A DNA stretch of 64,000 nucleotides, taken from the NCBI GenBank assembly GCA_001643675.2, contig LSRY02000071.1, forward strand, positions 108,347 through 172,346. The letters run 5' to 3'. Below are positions 24,701 to 36,474 of this stretch, in pieces. The notes under the pieces are model-generated. The model did no database searches and was not told the origin of the DNA. It saw only the letters and a list, made by a program, of their open reading frames with translations. Both the position numbers and the translations under genes were made by a program. This stretch comes from Monocercomonoides exilis PA203 (taxonomy: Eukaryota; Protista; Preaxostyla). Every line of letters starts with the position of its first letter. Positions within the stretch are counted from its first letter, which is position 1.

Positions 24701-26768
24701 ATCATATTTTTCATTTTTTGATTTGAAAGGATAACAGTGATTCATTAAAATTCACTTCAAAAAGAAGAATAAACTGATTAGAATTTAAAAGTCAAAATCT
24801 ATTTGATTTGAATGATTTATTGAACCGAGAACACATTTCCTTTTTAATATCCAAAAGAAATTGAAATTTTGTACTCCGTCGAGTTCAGTAGTATTATCTC
24901 TTCAAGGTTGAAACATTATTTCAGTTCGGTCAATGACATGGAGAATGAATGACAGAAAGAAATATGAGATAAAGGATGGAACTTCAATCACTTTTTATAA
25001 AAAATACGAATAGTGAATAAAATTTATAGTTTTTAAAAAAAACACTTAAAATAAAAATTGTTTGAAAAACACATATTCCTTGTTTCCAAACAATATTTCA
25101 TCAAAATTCTTGTATTTCATAACAAACATGAAAAAGAAATTTATTCATGATTTCCAGCCAGAATGTTGAGTTTATTTGGAGAAGAGAAGTTATGATGAAT
25201 TGTGAAAAAAAATGCTTGAAAATCAACATTCTAAATGAAGTCGGATATTTGTTTTGCACCTGAATTGATGTCTGGAAATATTTGTGGTTTCACAAAAATG
25301 ATTGTTTCACAGAAAATGAAGATTTCCTTTGAAGGACTCAACACACATTCACACATTTGTTATTCAAAAGAAAAAGTCATACCAATCAGATCGGTCCTTT
25401 TTTTAATTTGGAGTGTGGGTGATTCTTTTTGATTTCACATTTTTCCTATCAATATTTTGGAATCAACAATTTGTCACAAATTCTTTAAAATCAATCCATT
25501 ATTTCAATAAAAATCTTGAATGATCTTTTCTGTCTTTCAATGACAATGTGTGTTTGGAAAACAATAATTTGAAAACATGTGACACTTTTGTTAAAATTCT
25601 TTTGCAAATAACTGTGAATCAGTAAATGACACATTCTCCGAAAAATGTCATGATTTCAAAAATAATCATCCATATTCTCATTTGAATGCTTTCTTCTATT
25701 TAATCGTTAATGTTTTGATTGAGCTCTTGTGTTTCCGTTGAGTATTCGAAAAGAAGTGAAAAAAGCAAAAACACTCAATACATTAAAATAATCACAAACA
25801 AATCACAGAAAACATTTTCAACTCAATGAGAGATTCAGCCAGATTTTTTGGGTGATTATTTTTGAAACCACAATTCTCATGCTGGATTGTTATTCAACAA
25901 AAACAGCTTCATTCAAATGAATCCGCATCATTACTATTTTTTGATTGTTTTTAGAAAAAGTTATTTTTTCATGAACACAATTCAATTGATGTTTGAATAA
26001 AAAGAAAAGAAAAAGAAAACTCGGAATGTGCATGTTTTTTTTTGAACAAATCAATAATATGTCATAAAGTCTGAAATATTAATCAAAATTCTGATAATAT
26101 TGAAAATTTTCGTTCTGTCTTTAAATTCATCCGTTATTTTTTTTCGTCCTTCTTTGAATTCACATGTTAAAAAAAATTTAAGAAACAAGAAACAATTTTA
26201 TAACTTTATTTTTTCCCATTGAAAACAGGAATAATTTTTTTCAAATATCTCTTCTTTGATGAAAAAAGAAATGAAAGATCATATTTGAAAATTCAATAAA
26301 ACAAACAAACAAATGAGTAAAAAAGATAATGATTTAAACAAAAAATACAAGAAATGAGATTATTCTGTTGAAGGTGAAAAAGATTTTTTGTTAGGCATAA
26401 GAATTTCATTCTTTATGAGTAATATTCACAAGATGATGAATATTTCATGAAAAAGAATTATTTTCAATATTACTTTTTCAACAATCTTTTCTCTTTTCAA
26501 GAAATGAAAAAATGGCATTGAAGAGGTTTTTCTTCTTTTCTTCTTTTTCATTTATTCTTGAAAAAATAACAAATATTTGAATTTTTGAAAAATTATTTCT
26601 TTTTTCCATCTCGCAAAAAATCCATAAAAATTATAATGAAATGAAAACAATATGCATTTGAAAACAAAACACAACGAAATATGAATATAACAAATACAAA
26701 AAATCAAACAAATAACATGCAACTTTTGAGACATTGTCTTTCTCCATTTCTCATTTGACAAAATTACT

Positions 26769-28652
26769 TTAAAATTCTAATGAATATATTTCACTTTCAT
26801 AAAAAACAACCACACTCGGCGAAGGACTTGCACTTGAGTTGCAATCAACCTCCATGTGCAATAAACCAAGATGACCTGTCGTCACACTGAACAACGTTCC
26901 TACTGCTGATGATGATGAAAGGGCTCCTGTTCCAATCGAACTCTCCGTCCTCCCTTTCCCAATGACTGAAATTTTCTTCGATCCAATCTCAATTGTTGTT
27001 GTCTCGCTCGTGTGATTCCCTTCCATCAGCGTGACTGACAGGCTCACTTGAATCACGCTCCTTTCAACTGCAACACCAATGGTTCGGCATGCACTTCGCT
27101 CATCCAATCCACATAACTCTTCTGTGCTTCCTCCACTCACAGCCACAAATCGATTGAGAATCCCTCTTTTCAGCCAATTCCACTTTTCGGTGTGCTTGTG
27201 GATCCAATTAGTACCATCATAGTGTTCATAAAACATTCTCCTATCATCAGCATTTGTAGTATAGCACTCGTAAAACGGATTACCAGAATCCAAAAATTGT
27301 TTGTGATAATCTGCATATGCAATATCATGGCCGAATGGAGGATTGGCCGAGCATTTGCATTCATGGAAGAAAAGGAAATAGCAATAAATAATATCATTTT
27401 GCGATGTTTGTCTATTCGGATACAATCTTAAACCTCCGCCATATGCAGTTGCAGAGCAAGAAATAAACTGAATGCTCCTCATTTTGAATTGCGTGGCAGG
27501 AACAGAAGCGCAATACATGCCTCCACCATAATTATTTGTAATTGAGCATGAAGTGAAACAGCAGTCAAACACGCACGCACTCTCCCCTTCTCCATTTTCT
27601 GTTGGAATGCATCCTGTTCCTGAAACCTTGAAATCATTAAGATAAAGCCCTCCTCCATAGCCAGAAGCCTGACAACTCCGAAATTCACATTCGCTGATTC
27701 GAGTGCATGTTGAAGTTGTATAAACACATATCCCTCCTCCAATCCATGTTCGAGCAGTGCACGAGTCGAATGTGTTATTTGTAATATCAACCGATTTGAT
27801 GTTGTAGCAATGAATGCCTCCTCCCGAATAATACGCTTCACATCCACTGAACGAACAGCATTTCACTGAAAGCGTTCCAGACGATAAGCTGAACATGCAG
27901 ATTGCTCCACCATTCGAAGAGCCATCGGTGTATGAGCTAACTTCTCCTGTTGTCTTCGATCCGTTCCACTCGCACCAAGTGAATGAATTAGCTCCATTGG
28001 CTGTTGTGTTCTGTCTCCCTGGCTGTTTCTTATTATCTGCATTTCCTTCACATACAACATTTCTTGTCCGACAACATCCAACGAATGATGTGTTCGAAAC
28101 AGATAAGGAAGCCAAGGGGCTGTTCAGAGAAGGAACAATCCCGCCATCATATGCATCACAAACAGACGAAAATGAGCAACTGCTCATCAAACATGAGGCT
28201 TGGGTTGACGTAGTTGTTGAAGGTGAACATGCATCATTTGCTGTCGAGATGTTGAAAAAAGTGAGTTTGGAGAGGGACATTAGGGGAATAGAAGGGGATG
28301 ACAGGAATGGGGCTGATGAGACACAAAAAGAAGAGAAATGTGATTCACTCACTGAAATACTCCCTTCAATGCCTTCTCCATATCCATCTCCTTCTCTTCC
28401 TTTTCCTCTTCCTCTTTCTCCTCCTTCTCCTCCTTTTTCTTCATCTCCACTCTTCTCCCTTCCATGTCCCTTCCCTCCAAACAGCCTGCCTGAATAGATC
28501 TCTCTCCCTCTTCCCCACCCTTTCAATGTAATGTTTGTCAACACCCCAATGCTCCCACTCACATCAAATGCCCCTGCCCCATCATCCTTCCCCATTCCCA
28601 CAACACACCCTCTCACCACAACCACACTCCCCTTCCTTCCACTCACCCCCAA
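26769..28652 (-). CDS. Cassette C7: beta-helix repeat protein fragment with Gly/Glu-rich leader, module A (mirror of C12)
   Basis: 627-aa ORF, TTG start; leader homologous to C1; homology ends at PSPSVVV. Confidence 0.8.
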   Translation of the reverse strand: MGVSGRKGSVVVVRGCVVGMGKDDGAGAFDVSGSIGVLTNITLKGWGRGREIYSGRLFGGKGHGREKSGDEEKGGEGGERGRGKGREGDGYGEGIEGSISVSESHFSSFCVSSAPFLSSPSIPLMSLSKLTFFNISTANDACSPSTTTSTQASCLMSSCSFSSVCDAYDGGIVPSLNSPLASLSVSNTSFVGCCRTRNVVCEGNADNKKQPGRQNTTANGANSFTWCEWNGSKTTGEVSSYTDGSSNGGAICMFSLSSGTLSVKCCSFSGCEAYYSGGGIHCYNIKSVDITNNTFDSCTARTWIGGGICVYTTSTCTRISECEFRSCQASGYGGGLYLNDFKVSGTGCIPTENGEGESACVFDCCFTSCSITNNYGGGMYCASVPATQFKMRSIQFISCSATAYGGGLRLYPNRQTSQNDIIYCYFLFFHECKCSANPPFGHDIAYADYHKQFLDSGNPFYECYTTNADDRRMFYEHYDGTNWIHKHTEKWNWLKRGILNRFVAVSGGSTEELCGLDERSACRTIGVAVERSVIQVSLSVTLMEGNHTSETTTIEIGSKKISVIGKGRTESSIGTGALSSSSAVGTLFSVTTGHLGLLHMEVDCNSSASPSPSVVVFYESEIYSLEF

Positions 28653-29402
28653 CCACCAGCCCTGCCCTCTTCATCTCAACTGATGAGTTCCACAACTCTC
28701 TCATATAAATATTTCTTCCTCTTCTTCTTTCTTTCTATTTTTCCTCAAGCATCCCTCAAAATCATATAATCCATCTTCTCTTTCCCTTCTTTCTTCTCAT
28801 TCACAGATTTTCATAAAACTTTCTCTTTCAATCGAAGTTCCAAAAAAAATATTTCTTCTTCTCAATCTCTCGTCAGACTCCTTCTTCTGTCATTTCATCA
28901 GTTTTTTTCTTTTTTTTTCTTTTCTTTTGGCATGACTGCACTATATGCCTCACAAAGCAATAAAAGGACTCCTCTTCTATTCGTTTCCATTGTTGAGCCC
29001 GCATTTTCCTTTATCTATACAAAAACCGTTGAACCTTTTGCTGAGCAAAAATGTCAAAACGCCATCTTTCCATATTCCTTGCGAGTGCATTGGCATTGGG
29101 AATTTGTGCAAACATTCCAATATCATTAAAAGAAAATATTTGAAAAATTGAAAAAGAAAAATTGAAAAAGAAACATTTTTATTTCATGAGCTTCAAAAAT
29201 AATCACACTTCATTTACATATTCTTCTTCATCATCATCTTTTGTCTTTCAAAATATTGCTCCTTTCTGCTTGCAAAACCCATCTGCTATGTCTCAGCTGC
29301 CAGTATCACAGCCAATAGCATTGCTTCTCTTCTGCTCCAAAATTGTGCTCATTTCCAATCTCAGCTTCGCTCGCACTCGAACAATTCATGCAACCAAAAT
29401 GT

Positions 29403-31079
29403 TTAAAATTGACGAGAATAACGAAGAAAGCGAAGAAGAGGAAGAAGATGAAAATTGTTGAATAAGGGAAAAACAGCTTCTGTTCCAATCGAACTCTCCG
29501 TCCTCCCTTTCCCAATGACCGAAATCTTCTTTGATCCAATATCAATCGTTGTTGCTTCGCTTGTGTGATTCCCTTCCATCAGCGTGACTGACAGGCTCAC
29601 TTGAATCACGCTCCGACTGACTGCAACACCAATGGTTCGGCATGCACTTGACTCATCCAGTCCACATAACTCTTCTGCGTTTCCTCCGCTCACCGCCACA
29701 AACCGATTGAGAATCCCTCTTTTCAGCCAATTCCACTTTTCGGTGTGCTTGTGGATCCAATTAGTACCATCATAGTGTTCATAAAACATTCTCCTATCAT
29801 CAGCATTTGTAGTATAGCACTCGTAAAACGGATTACCAGAATCCAAAAATTGTTTGTGATAATCTGCATATGCAATATCATGGCCGAATGGAGGATTGGC
29901 CGAGCATTTGCATTCATGGAAGAAAAGGAAATAGCAATAAATAATATCATTTTGCGATGTTTGTCTATTCGGATACAATCTTAAACCTCCGCCATATGCA
30001 GTTGCAGAGCAAGAAATGAACTGTATGCTCCTCATTTTGAATGCAACTGGAACAGTGTTACACCACATCCCTCCACCAACAGAATTAACAACCGAGCATG
30101 AAGTGAAATTGCAGTCAAACACACACGCACTTTCCCCTTCTCCACTTTCTGTTTCAATGCATCCTGTTCCAGATACCTGAAATGATTGCAATATTAATCC
30201 TCCTCCATAGCTTGATGCCTTGCAATTCCGGAATTCACAATCACTGATCCGAGCACATGATGAAATAGAGCTGGCATACATTCCGCCTCCATGTTGGTTT
30301 TGAGCTGTACACGCATTGAACACATTATTTTCGATATACACAGAATTGATTGTGTTGCACATAATTCCACCTCCACGGCTGTATGCAAAGCAATTATTAA
30401 ACAGACAACGTGAAACAGAGAGCTCTCCATTTCCCTTGTTGTACATCCAAATTGCACCTCCACTCGATATTCCATCAGCATACGAGTCACTTTCTCCTGT
30501 CGTCTTCGATCCATTCCATTCACACCAAACAAATTTATTCGCTCCATTATCTGTTGTATTTTGCCTCTCTGGAGTCAACTTTCCATCTGAAGTTCCTTCA
30601 CATAAAACATTCCTTGCCCGACAACATTTAATAAAAGAGGTGTTTGAAGCTGTCAGAGAGGTAAAGGGATTGTTGATGGAAGGGACAATCCCGCCATCAT
30701 ATGCATCACAAACAGACGTAAATGAGCAGCTGCTCATCAGACATGTAGCTTGGGTTGACATTGTGGTTGAAGGTGAACATGCCTCATTTGCTGTTGATAT
30801 GTTGAAAAATGTCAAATGAGAAAGAGATATAAGGGGTGAAGAGGGAGATGATAAAAAATTGGCAAAAAGAAGAGAAGTGCAACTCACACACAAAAATACT
30901 ATCTTCGACGCTGTCTTCTCTTCCTCTGCCTCTTGGAGCAATCTGGCAAAATATTTAATAAATTCAAAATCCCTCTTCCCGCCTCTTCCGCTGCTTCTCA
31001 AAGGGATATCCATAAGAGAAAAGCATCTTTTTTCTTCAGTGCCACCAAATGGAAACGGAACTCCAATATTATTTGTCAA
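29403..31079 (-). CDS. Cassette C8: chimeric copy (C11 backbone with a C12/C7-type segment at 29582-30012), module A
   Basis: 558-aa ORF identical to C11 except between FIS and MEGNH. Confidence 0.85.
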   Translation of the reverse strand: MTNNIGVPFPFGGTEEKRCFSLMDIPLRSSGRGGKRDFEFIKYFARLLQEAEEEKTASKIVFLCVSCTSLLFANFLSSPSSPLISLSHLTFFNISTANEACSPSTTMSTQATCLMSSCSFTSVCDAYDGGIVPSINNPFTSLTASNTSFIKCCRARNVLCEGTSDGKLTPERQNTTDNGANKFVWCEWNGSKTTGESDSYADGISSGGAIWMYNKGNGELSVSRCLFNNCFAYSRGGGIMCNTINSVYIENNVFNACTAQNQHGGGMYASSISSCARISDCEFRNCKASSYGGGLILQSFQVSGTGCIETESGEGESACVFDCNFTSCSVVNSVGGGMWCNTVPVAFKMRSIQFISCSATAYGGGLRLYPNRQTSQNDIIYCYFLFFHECKCSANPPFGHDIAYADYHKQFLDSGNPFYECYTTNADDRRMFYEHYDGTNWIHKHTEKWNWLKRGILNRFVAVSGGNAEELCGLDESSACRTIGVAVSRSVIQVSLSVTLMEGNHTSEATTIDIGSKKISVIGKGRTESSIGTEAVFPLFNNFHLLPLLRFLRYSRQF

Positions 31080-34000
31080 CTGTTTTCCACAGAATCTCTT
31101 TTTCTTCTGTTGTCATTTCCTGTCTTCTTTCCAAATTCAATTTTCTCGCATATATTTTGAACACATGCAAGGGCTCCAGTATCAATAAAAAAACAGAAAA
31201 AAATATAAAGAAAAATAACAGACAACGAAAATAAATATATTTCAATATAAAAAAATATGAAATTAAAAAACAAAGTATTTTTATAAAAATAAAAATTAAT
31301 AAATAAACTGTACCTCTTTCTTTTTGCAATCTTCCTCTTCTCCTTCCTCTTCTTTTCTTGCCAGCCCCAGCCTGTTCAGCATTGCTTCCTCCGTTCTTCA
31401 CCTCGCAAACAGACCTCCCAGCCCTGTCACTTCTCAATGCTTCCAATGCTATTTCGTGCTATCCTCTCATCGCGCCAGATCAATCTTCACTTTTGTCAAT
31501 CATTTTCACAAAAAAGCACATATCTCTTTGAAAATAAAACCATAAACAAACAAACAAAAAAACAAATAAACAAATAAATATCGAATTCACACACACCTCA
31601 TGTGTCAACATCCAGAAATGATAACTGCCCCCCTTCCGCTTCCCTTCCCTCCTCTTCCCTGTCCTTTCCGCTCAACTCTCCCTTCCTCCAGCAAAGCACG
31701 CGGCCCACACCTTGCCCATTTGCTTCATCGCAGCAACACCAAAACCCCCAAGATGTCACCTCTCTCAGCCATCATTCACCCCATTTTTCTGCCATCTTCC
31801 TTTGCTCTTTCCTTCTCATCCCATCTGCTCCCCTCTCCTGCTGCCAATTTCCGACACTTCCACAGCCTTCATCTTTCTATTGCCTCTTCGCCTTTTCCCC
31901 TCCTCCCTTTCATTCCTCTATTGATTTATTTCATTTTTTCATATTGTAATTTTCCATTTCTCTCTCTCTAAAATATCACACTTCCCCAACCAACCCTCTT
32001 CTGCTAGCATCCATTTCATCCTCAATGCGCAACACTGCCACCACCGTTACTGCCCACAATACACATTATCCACAACAAACCACAAGAATCAAAAAACATA
32101 GCAAACACATTCTAACAACCTGCTGAAAGCAAAAGGCAAAACATCCTCATCTTCTAAAATTTTCTTTCCTCTTGTCCTCCCTTCATCTCCACAACTCTCC
32201 CCAAAAAAACACACAAAACAATCCCAATTATCGAATTAGCCAACATCCCCGACACCAACGCCCTTTCAAATTCAAAACACCCGCAACCACCTCGCCGTAA
32301 TGCAAATAACATCCGTCATTGCACATCTGCCGGCCTTTGCGTCAGTACTCGGAGTGTACCGAGAAAAATACAATTTGTCTATTCCAGTCTTTAATTATGC
32401 ATACGATCGTCACAATTTTGAAAAAAAAGAAAAAACTGAAAACTACCTTTGTTAATGGGAGGGCATCAGACAATAATATTTTATGGTGGATTTGCTAAAT
32501 TATTGTTTTTGAAGGCGCCTTGTGCGACTGGGACTGGTGTTGAATTTGGAAAGATATGAAGTGATTTTTTGTTCAAGAAAGGGCATGGAGCACCGATGCT
32601 TTGAAAATATAATATATATCACGGGATATATGTATTTCTGATAATTCTATATAATGTGAAGATATTTTCATCCGTATCCTTCCCCAAGTCATGATTCGGA
32701 CAATTTATATTATAAGTCAATTTATTTTTTTTATTAATGAAGAGGAGAACAACAGGGAAGGAAGCCAAACATTATCTTAAAAATAGCAGATATTAAAACA
32801 TGAAGGCTTTTTTTAACGAAAATTTTCACAGTTATTTTTGACTCAACATGCAATGGGTCGAAATGCAACGAAAAACGAGTTTTGATGGAGCAGAAATTCA
32901 TGGAGTCGGAAAATGCCAAAGACAAGAAGGAAGTGTGACCAATTTTTCTGAAAAGGCTGCCTTTTTTTAAAAAAGAGAAAGAAGACATTTTCAGAAAATA
33001 TGTTGGAGGGATTGGAGTGGATGCATTGAATGGAAAATGGAGACAAGTGGCTGAAACAGGAGATTGGCGGTTGTTGCTGGACGAATGGATTTTCTTGGGT
33101 TGATAAGGACAAGACAATATTTTTACGGACTGAGAAAAGGTGTGGAACTACTTTTCATTGCTTAGCTTGAAAGTCGAAAATACGAGAATATTTGGCAGTT
33201 CGGCATCATAGAAGCAGCCGGAAGCGGATGAAAAGCAAAATGGATCTTAACTATTTTAACGCTTGCCTTAGCCTTATGTCATCGAAGCGTTATCCACAGG
33301 AGCAGAGAACGAGGCTGCGATGCTGAGGCCATCTTCGACAGAAAATGTCCGACATTAAAGATCTCTAAAGCATTTTCTCCACCTTCAGCCTCATCGTTTT
33401 CTTCATCTTCGTATTAGGCATCATTGTTTTCATTTGCACCGCATCAGCAAATTTTATTGCATACACACATATTTTATCTTCGTTGTCGTGTCATCTCTCT
33501 CTTCTTCGACTTCTTGGTCACTATCATTTTCGCCTCTTCCTCCTCTTCTTCGTCTCTTTTTTTGGAATGAAGTTGGCGGAGTTATTTGAGCAAAAGCGAA
33601 GCCGAGGACCGGAATTTGGCTATATTTTTAGGAGGAAGAAGGGAAGCGAAGTTATTAGCAGTTATTTAGGCAGCGAAGGCGAAGCAAACGAGTTTTGTAG
33701 GCAGTACAGAGAAATATTTAGAGAGGAAGAGGATATGAAGAAGAGCCGATGATTTAGAAAAAATGTGTGAAGAAAATTCATTATCAAAAAGCTCATGACA
33801 TGATTTATTTTAATTAATTTTTTTTTTAATTTTTTTTATTTTTCTTTTAAATTTTTCTATATCCTTTAATTTCTTATTTTCAATTTTTATTATTTTTCTT
33901 AATTTTTATAATTATTTTTATGAATTTTGATTTTTGCGATCGCATTTATAAGAGATGAAAGCGAATAGAATTTGAAAAGAAGGCGGAATATGGAAACAGA

Positions 34001-34254
34001 AGAAAAAGAGATTTTAGGGAAAAGACAGATGGCGAAGAATGTTGGAATACATTTCCATTTTGAGGTGCTGAAGGGAAAGATTCATTTCTATTATTTTACA
34101 AAAAACTTTTCAGAAGGTGCAAAAGAGGCAGGAAAATGGAATTTGATCTTTTCCGAGTTTATTTCAAAATTGTGGATAAATACAAGAGAAGCACATAGTA
34201 AATGGGTGAAGAGAAAGGAAGAATTATTGTGAATGAATCACACCTCTTCTCTTT

Positions 34255-36474
34255 TTGCCCATTCCTCTTAACTCCCTCGATATCCTTTGCTTCCCTCTCC
34301 AAACTCATTTTTTTTTCAACATTTTAACAGCATCTTCAGATTGTCCGTCCCCAGCAACTACATCAACCCAAGCTACATATTTTATGAACAGTTGCTCGTT
34401 CTCATCAGTTTGCAATGGGTATGATGGAGGGATTGTTCATTCCCTCAACAACCCCTATGCCTCTCTGACAGCCTCAAACACCTCATTTGTTGGGTGTTGT
34501 CGGACAAGAAACGTTGTATGTGAAGGAAATGCAGAGGTACCATTGAAACCAGACAGACAGAATGAAACATTCAATGGAGCTAATTCATTCACTTGGTGTG
34601 AATGGGATGGGTCGAAGACAACAGGAAAAGAGAATTCATACACCGATGGGGAGTCAAGTGGAGGGGCTATCTGCATGTACGGTCAATCAAACGCTTCTGT
34701 GTCTGTTTCTCATTGTGCGTTCAATGGATGCGTTGCATACAGTCGGGGCGGGGGAATAATGTGTGCAAGCATAAAAGAAGTTAAAATAGAGAACAATTCA
34801 TTCAATGCATGCACAGCTCAAAATCAAGAAGGGGGCGGAATATTTATTCTATCAATTTCAGCATGTGCTCGGATCAGCGAGTGCGAATTTCAGAATTGCA
34901 AAGCAGTTTATAATGGAGGAGGGCTTTATCTTAATGATTTTCAGGTTTCAAGAACAGGATGCATTGAAGCAGAAAATGGAGAAGGTGAAAGTGCGTGTGT
35001 GTTTGACTGCAGTTTCACTTCATGCTCAATCTCAAGTACACAAGGTGGAGGTATGTGTTGTGCTACTGTTCCTGCTGCATTCAAAATGAGGAGCATTCAG
35101 TTTATTTCATGTTCGGCATTTTCATATGGAGGAGGATTATATTTTAATCCAAATAGACAAACAGATCTAAATAACGCATTCTATTGTTATTTTTTGTTCT
35201 TTCATGAATGCAAATGCTCGGCCAATCCTCCTTATGGCCACGATGTTCATTTTTATGATCGTTATGATTTTTTTAAGTTATCTGGAAATCCATTTCATGA
35301 ATGTTACACAACGAATACAGATAGTAGGAGGGTATGTTATGGATATAATTACACGGGAAGTAGCTGGCTATTTCAACACACAGAAAAGAAGGATTGGTTG
35401 AAAGATAAAACGTTATATGTTTCGGTGAATGGAAATGATGCATCTCCGCTGTGTGGGGCAAATGAATCAAATCCGTGCAAAACGGTGAAGAAGGCGTTTG
35501 AGATGTGTGAGGTGCAGATAAGCTTGGCAATCACATTAATGGATGGGAATCACACAAGCGAGGCAACAACAATTGAGATTGGGACAAAGAAGATTTCAGT
35601 CATTGGGACAGGCAAAGATAAGAGTTCGATTGGAACAGGAGCCCTTTCATCGGGAGGAACGCTGTTCAGTGTTTCGACAGGTCATCTTGGCTTATTGCAC
35701 ATGAAGGTTGATTGTAACTCAAATTTAAGTCCTTCTATGCCGAGTGTGGTTGTGGTGTCTGATGGGAGTGGGTCACTCTCGTTGGAGGATGTTGTGATCA
35801 CCACGAGTGTTTCTTCAGGAAACTATGTGATGTCGTCGTCAGTGTTTGTGGTGCCGCTGTCACAGCTGTCGATGGTTGATGTGGAGATCATAAATATGAA
35901 TGTCTCAAAACCGTTGTTCTCTGAGCCGGATCCATCTTCTCCTTCTTCTTCTTCTTCATTGTCTTCATCTGCACTGTATCTGACAGCCACAGCATCAGGA
36001 GACAGCGTGCTGGTGAATGTGAAAGTGACGAATGTGAAGTTGACTGAAGGAGATGGGGTGGTTGTGGCAAAGAGTGTGAAGGCAGGAGAGACGTTCGGGA
36101 TGATGAGCACGAGAACAGAAGGGGAGCAGAGTGGTTGTATGTTTGGGAAGGGTGATTCTGAGATGAATTTTTGGTCACATGTGAATTTGGAGGGAGGAAT
36201 AAAAAATCATAGGTGCGTTGCGATTTTGTTTCTGTTTTGCTGCAACCCGTGCAACCCACATAAAATAAGCGCCATCACTGCTGCAAAACTCGAAATCTCC
36301 TGTTTTATCGAGGAGCAGAAAATCGGGTTTATTTGTGAAAAGGAAAGGAAGAAAGGCGACTTATTTGATGGAACATCAACGATTTATTTTTTCTTTGAAA
36401 AAAAAGAGTATTCGAATTATTTTGCCATTTTCGATGTTTTGCAAAAACAAAAAGTGGACAAGTTTCTTTGTTGA
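34255..36474 (+). CDS. Cassette C9: longest family fragment, module B, continuing ~160 aa past the usual end (mirror of C10)
   Basis: 739-aa ORF. Its first ~20 codons are out of the family frame because of a T9 run at 34308-34316 present in both arms. The C-terminal ~120 aa look like read-through. Confidence 0.8.
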   Translation: MPIPLNSLDILCFPLQTHFFFNILTASSDCPSPATTSTQATYFMNSCSFSSVCNGYDGGIVHSLNNPYASLTASNTSFVGCCRTRNVVCEGNAEVPLKPDRQNETFNGANSFTWCEWDGSKTTGKENSYTDGESSGGAICMYGQSNASVSVSHCAFNGCVAYSRGGGIMCASIKEVKIENNSFNACTAQNQEGGGIFILSISACARISECEFQNCKAVYNGGGLYLNDFQVSRTGCIEAENGEGESACVFDCSFTSCSISSTQGGGMCCATVPAAFKMRSIQFISCSAFSYGGGLYFNPNRQTDLNNAFYCYFLFFHECKCSANPPYGHDVHFYDRYDFFKLSGNPFHECYTTNTDSRRVCYGYNYTGSSWLFQHTEKKDWLKDKTLYVSVNGNDASPLCGANESNPCKTVKKAFEMCEVQISLAITLMDGNHTSEATTIEIGTKKISVIGTGKDKSSIGTGALSSGGTLFSVSTGHLGLLHMKVDCNSNLSPSMPSVVVVSDGSGSLSLEDVVITTSVSSGNYVMSSSVFVVPLSQLSMVDVEIINMNVSKPLFSEPDPSSPSSSSSLSSSALYLTATASGDSVLVNVKVTNVKLTEGDGVVVAKSVKAGETFGMMSTRTEGEQSGCMFGKGDSEMNFWSHVNLEGGIKNHRCVAILFLFCCNPCNPHKISAITAAKLEISCFIEEQKIGFICEKERKKGDLFDGTSTIYFFFEKKEYSNYFAIFDVLQKQKVDKFLC

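Noticed and set aside
31324-32300. Pro/Ser/Leu-rich ORFs in the C-rich tract (and mirror 44770-45750)
   Set aside because: Compositional artefacts of a pyrimidine/purine-skewed low-complexity region; no recognisable domain.
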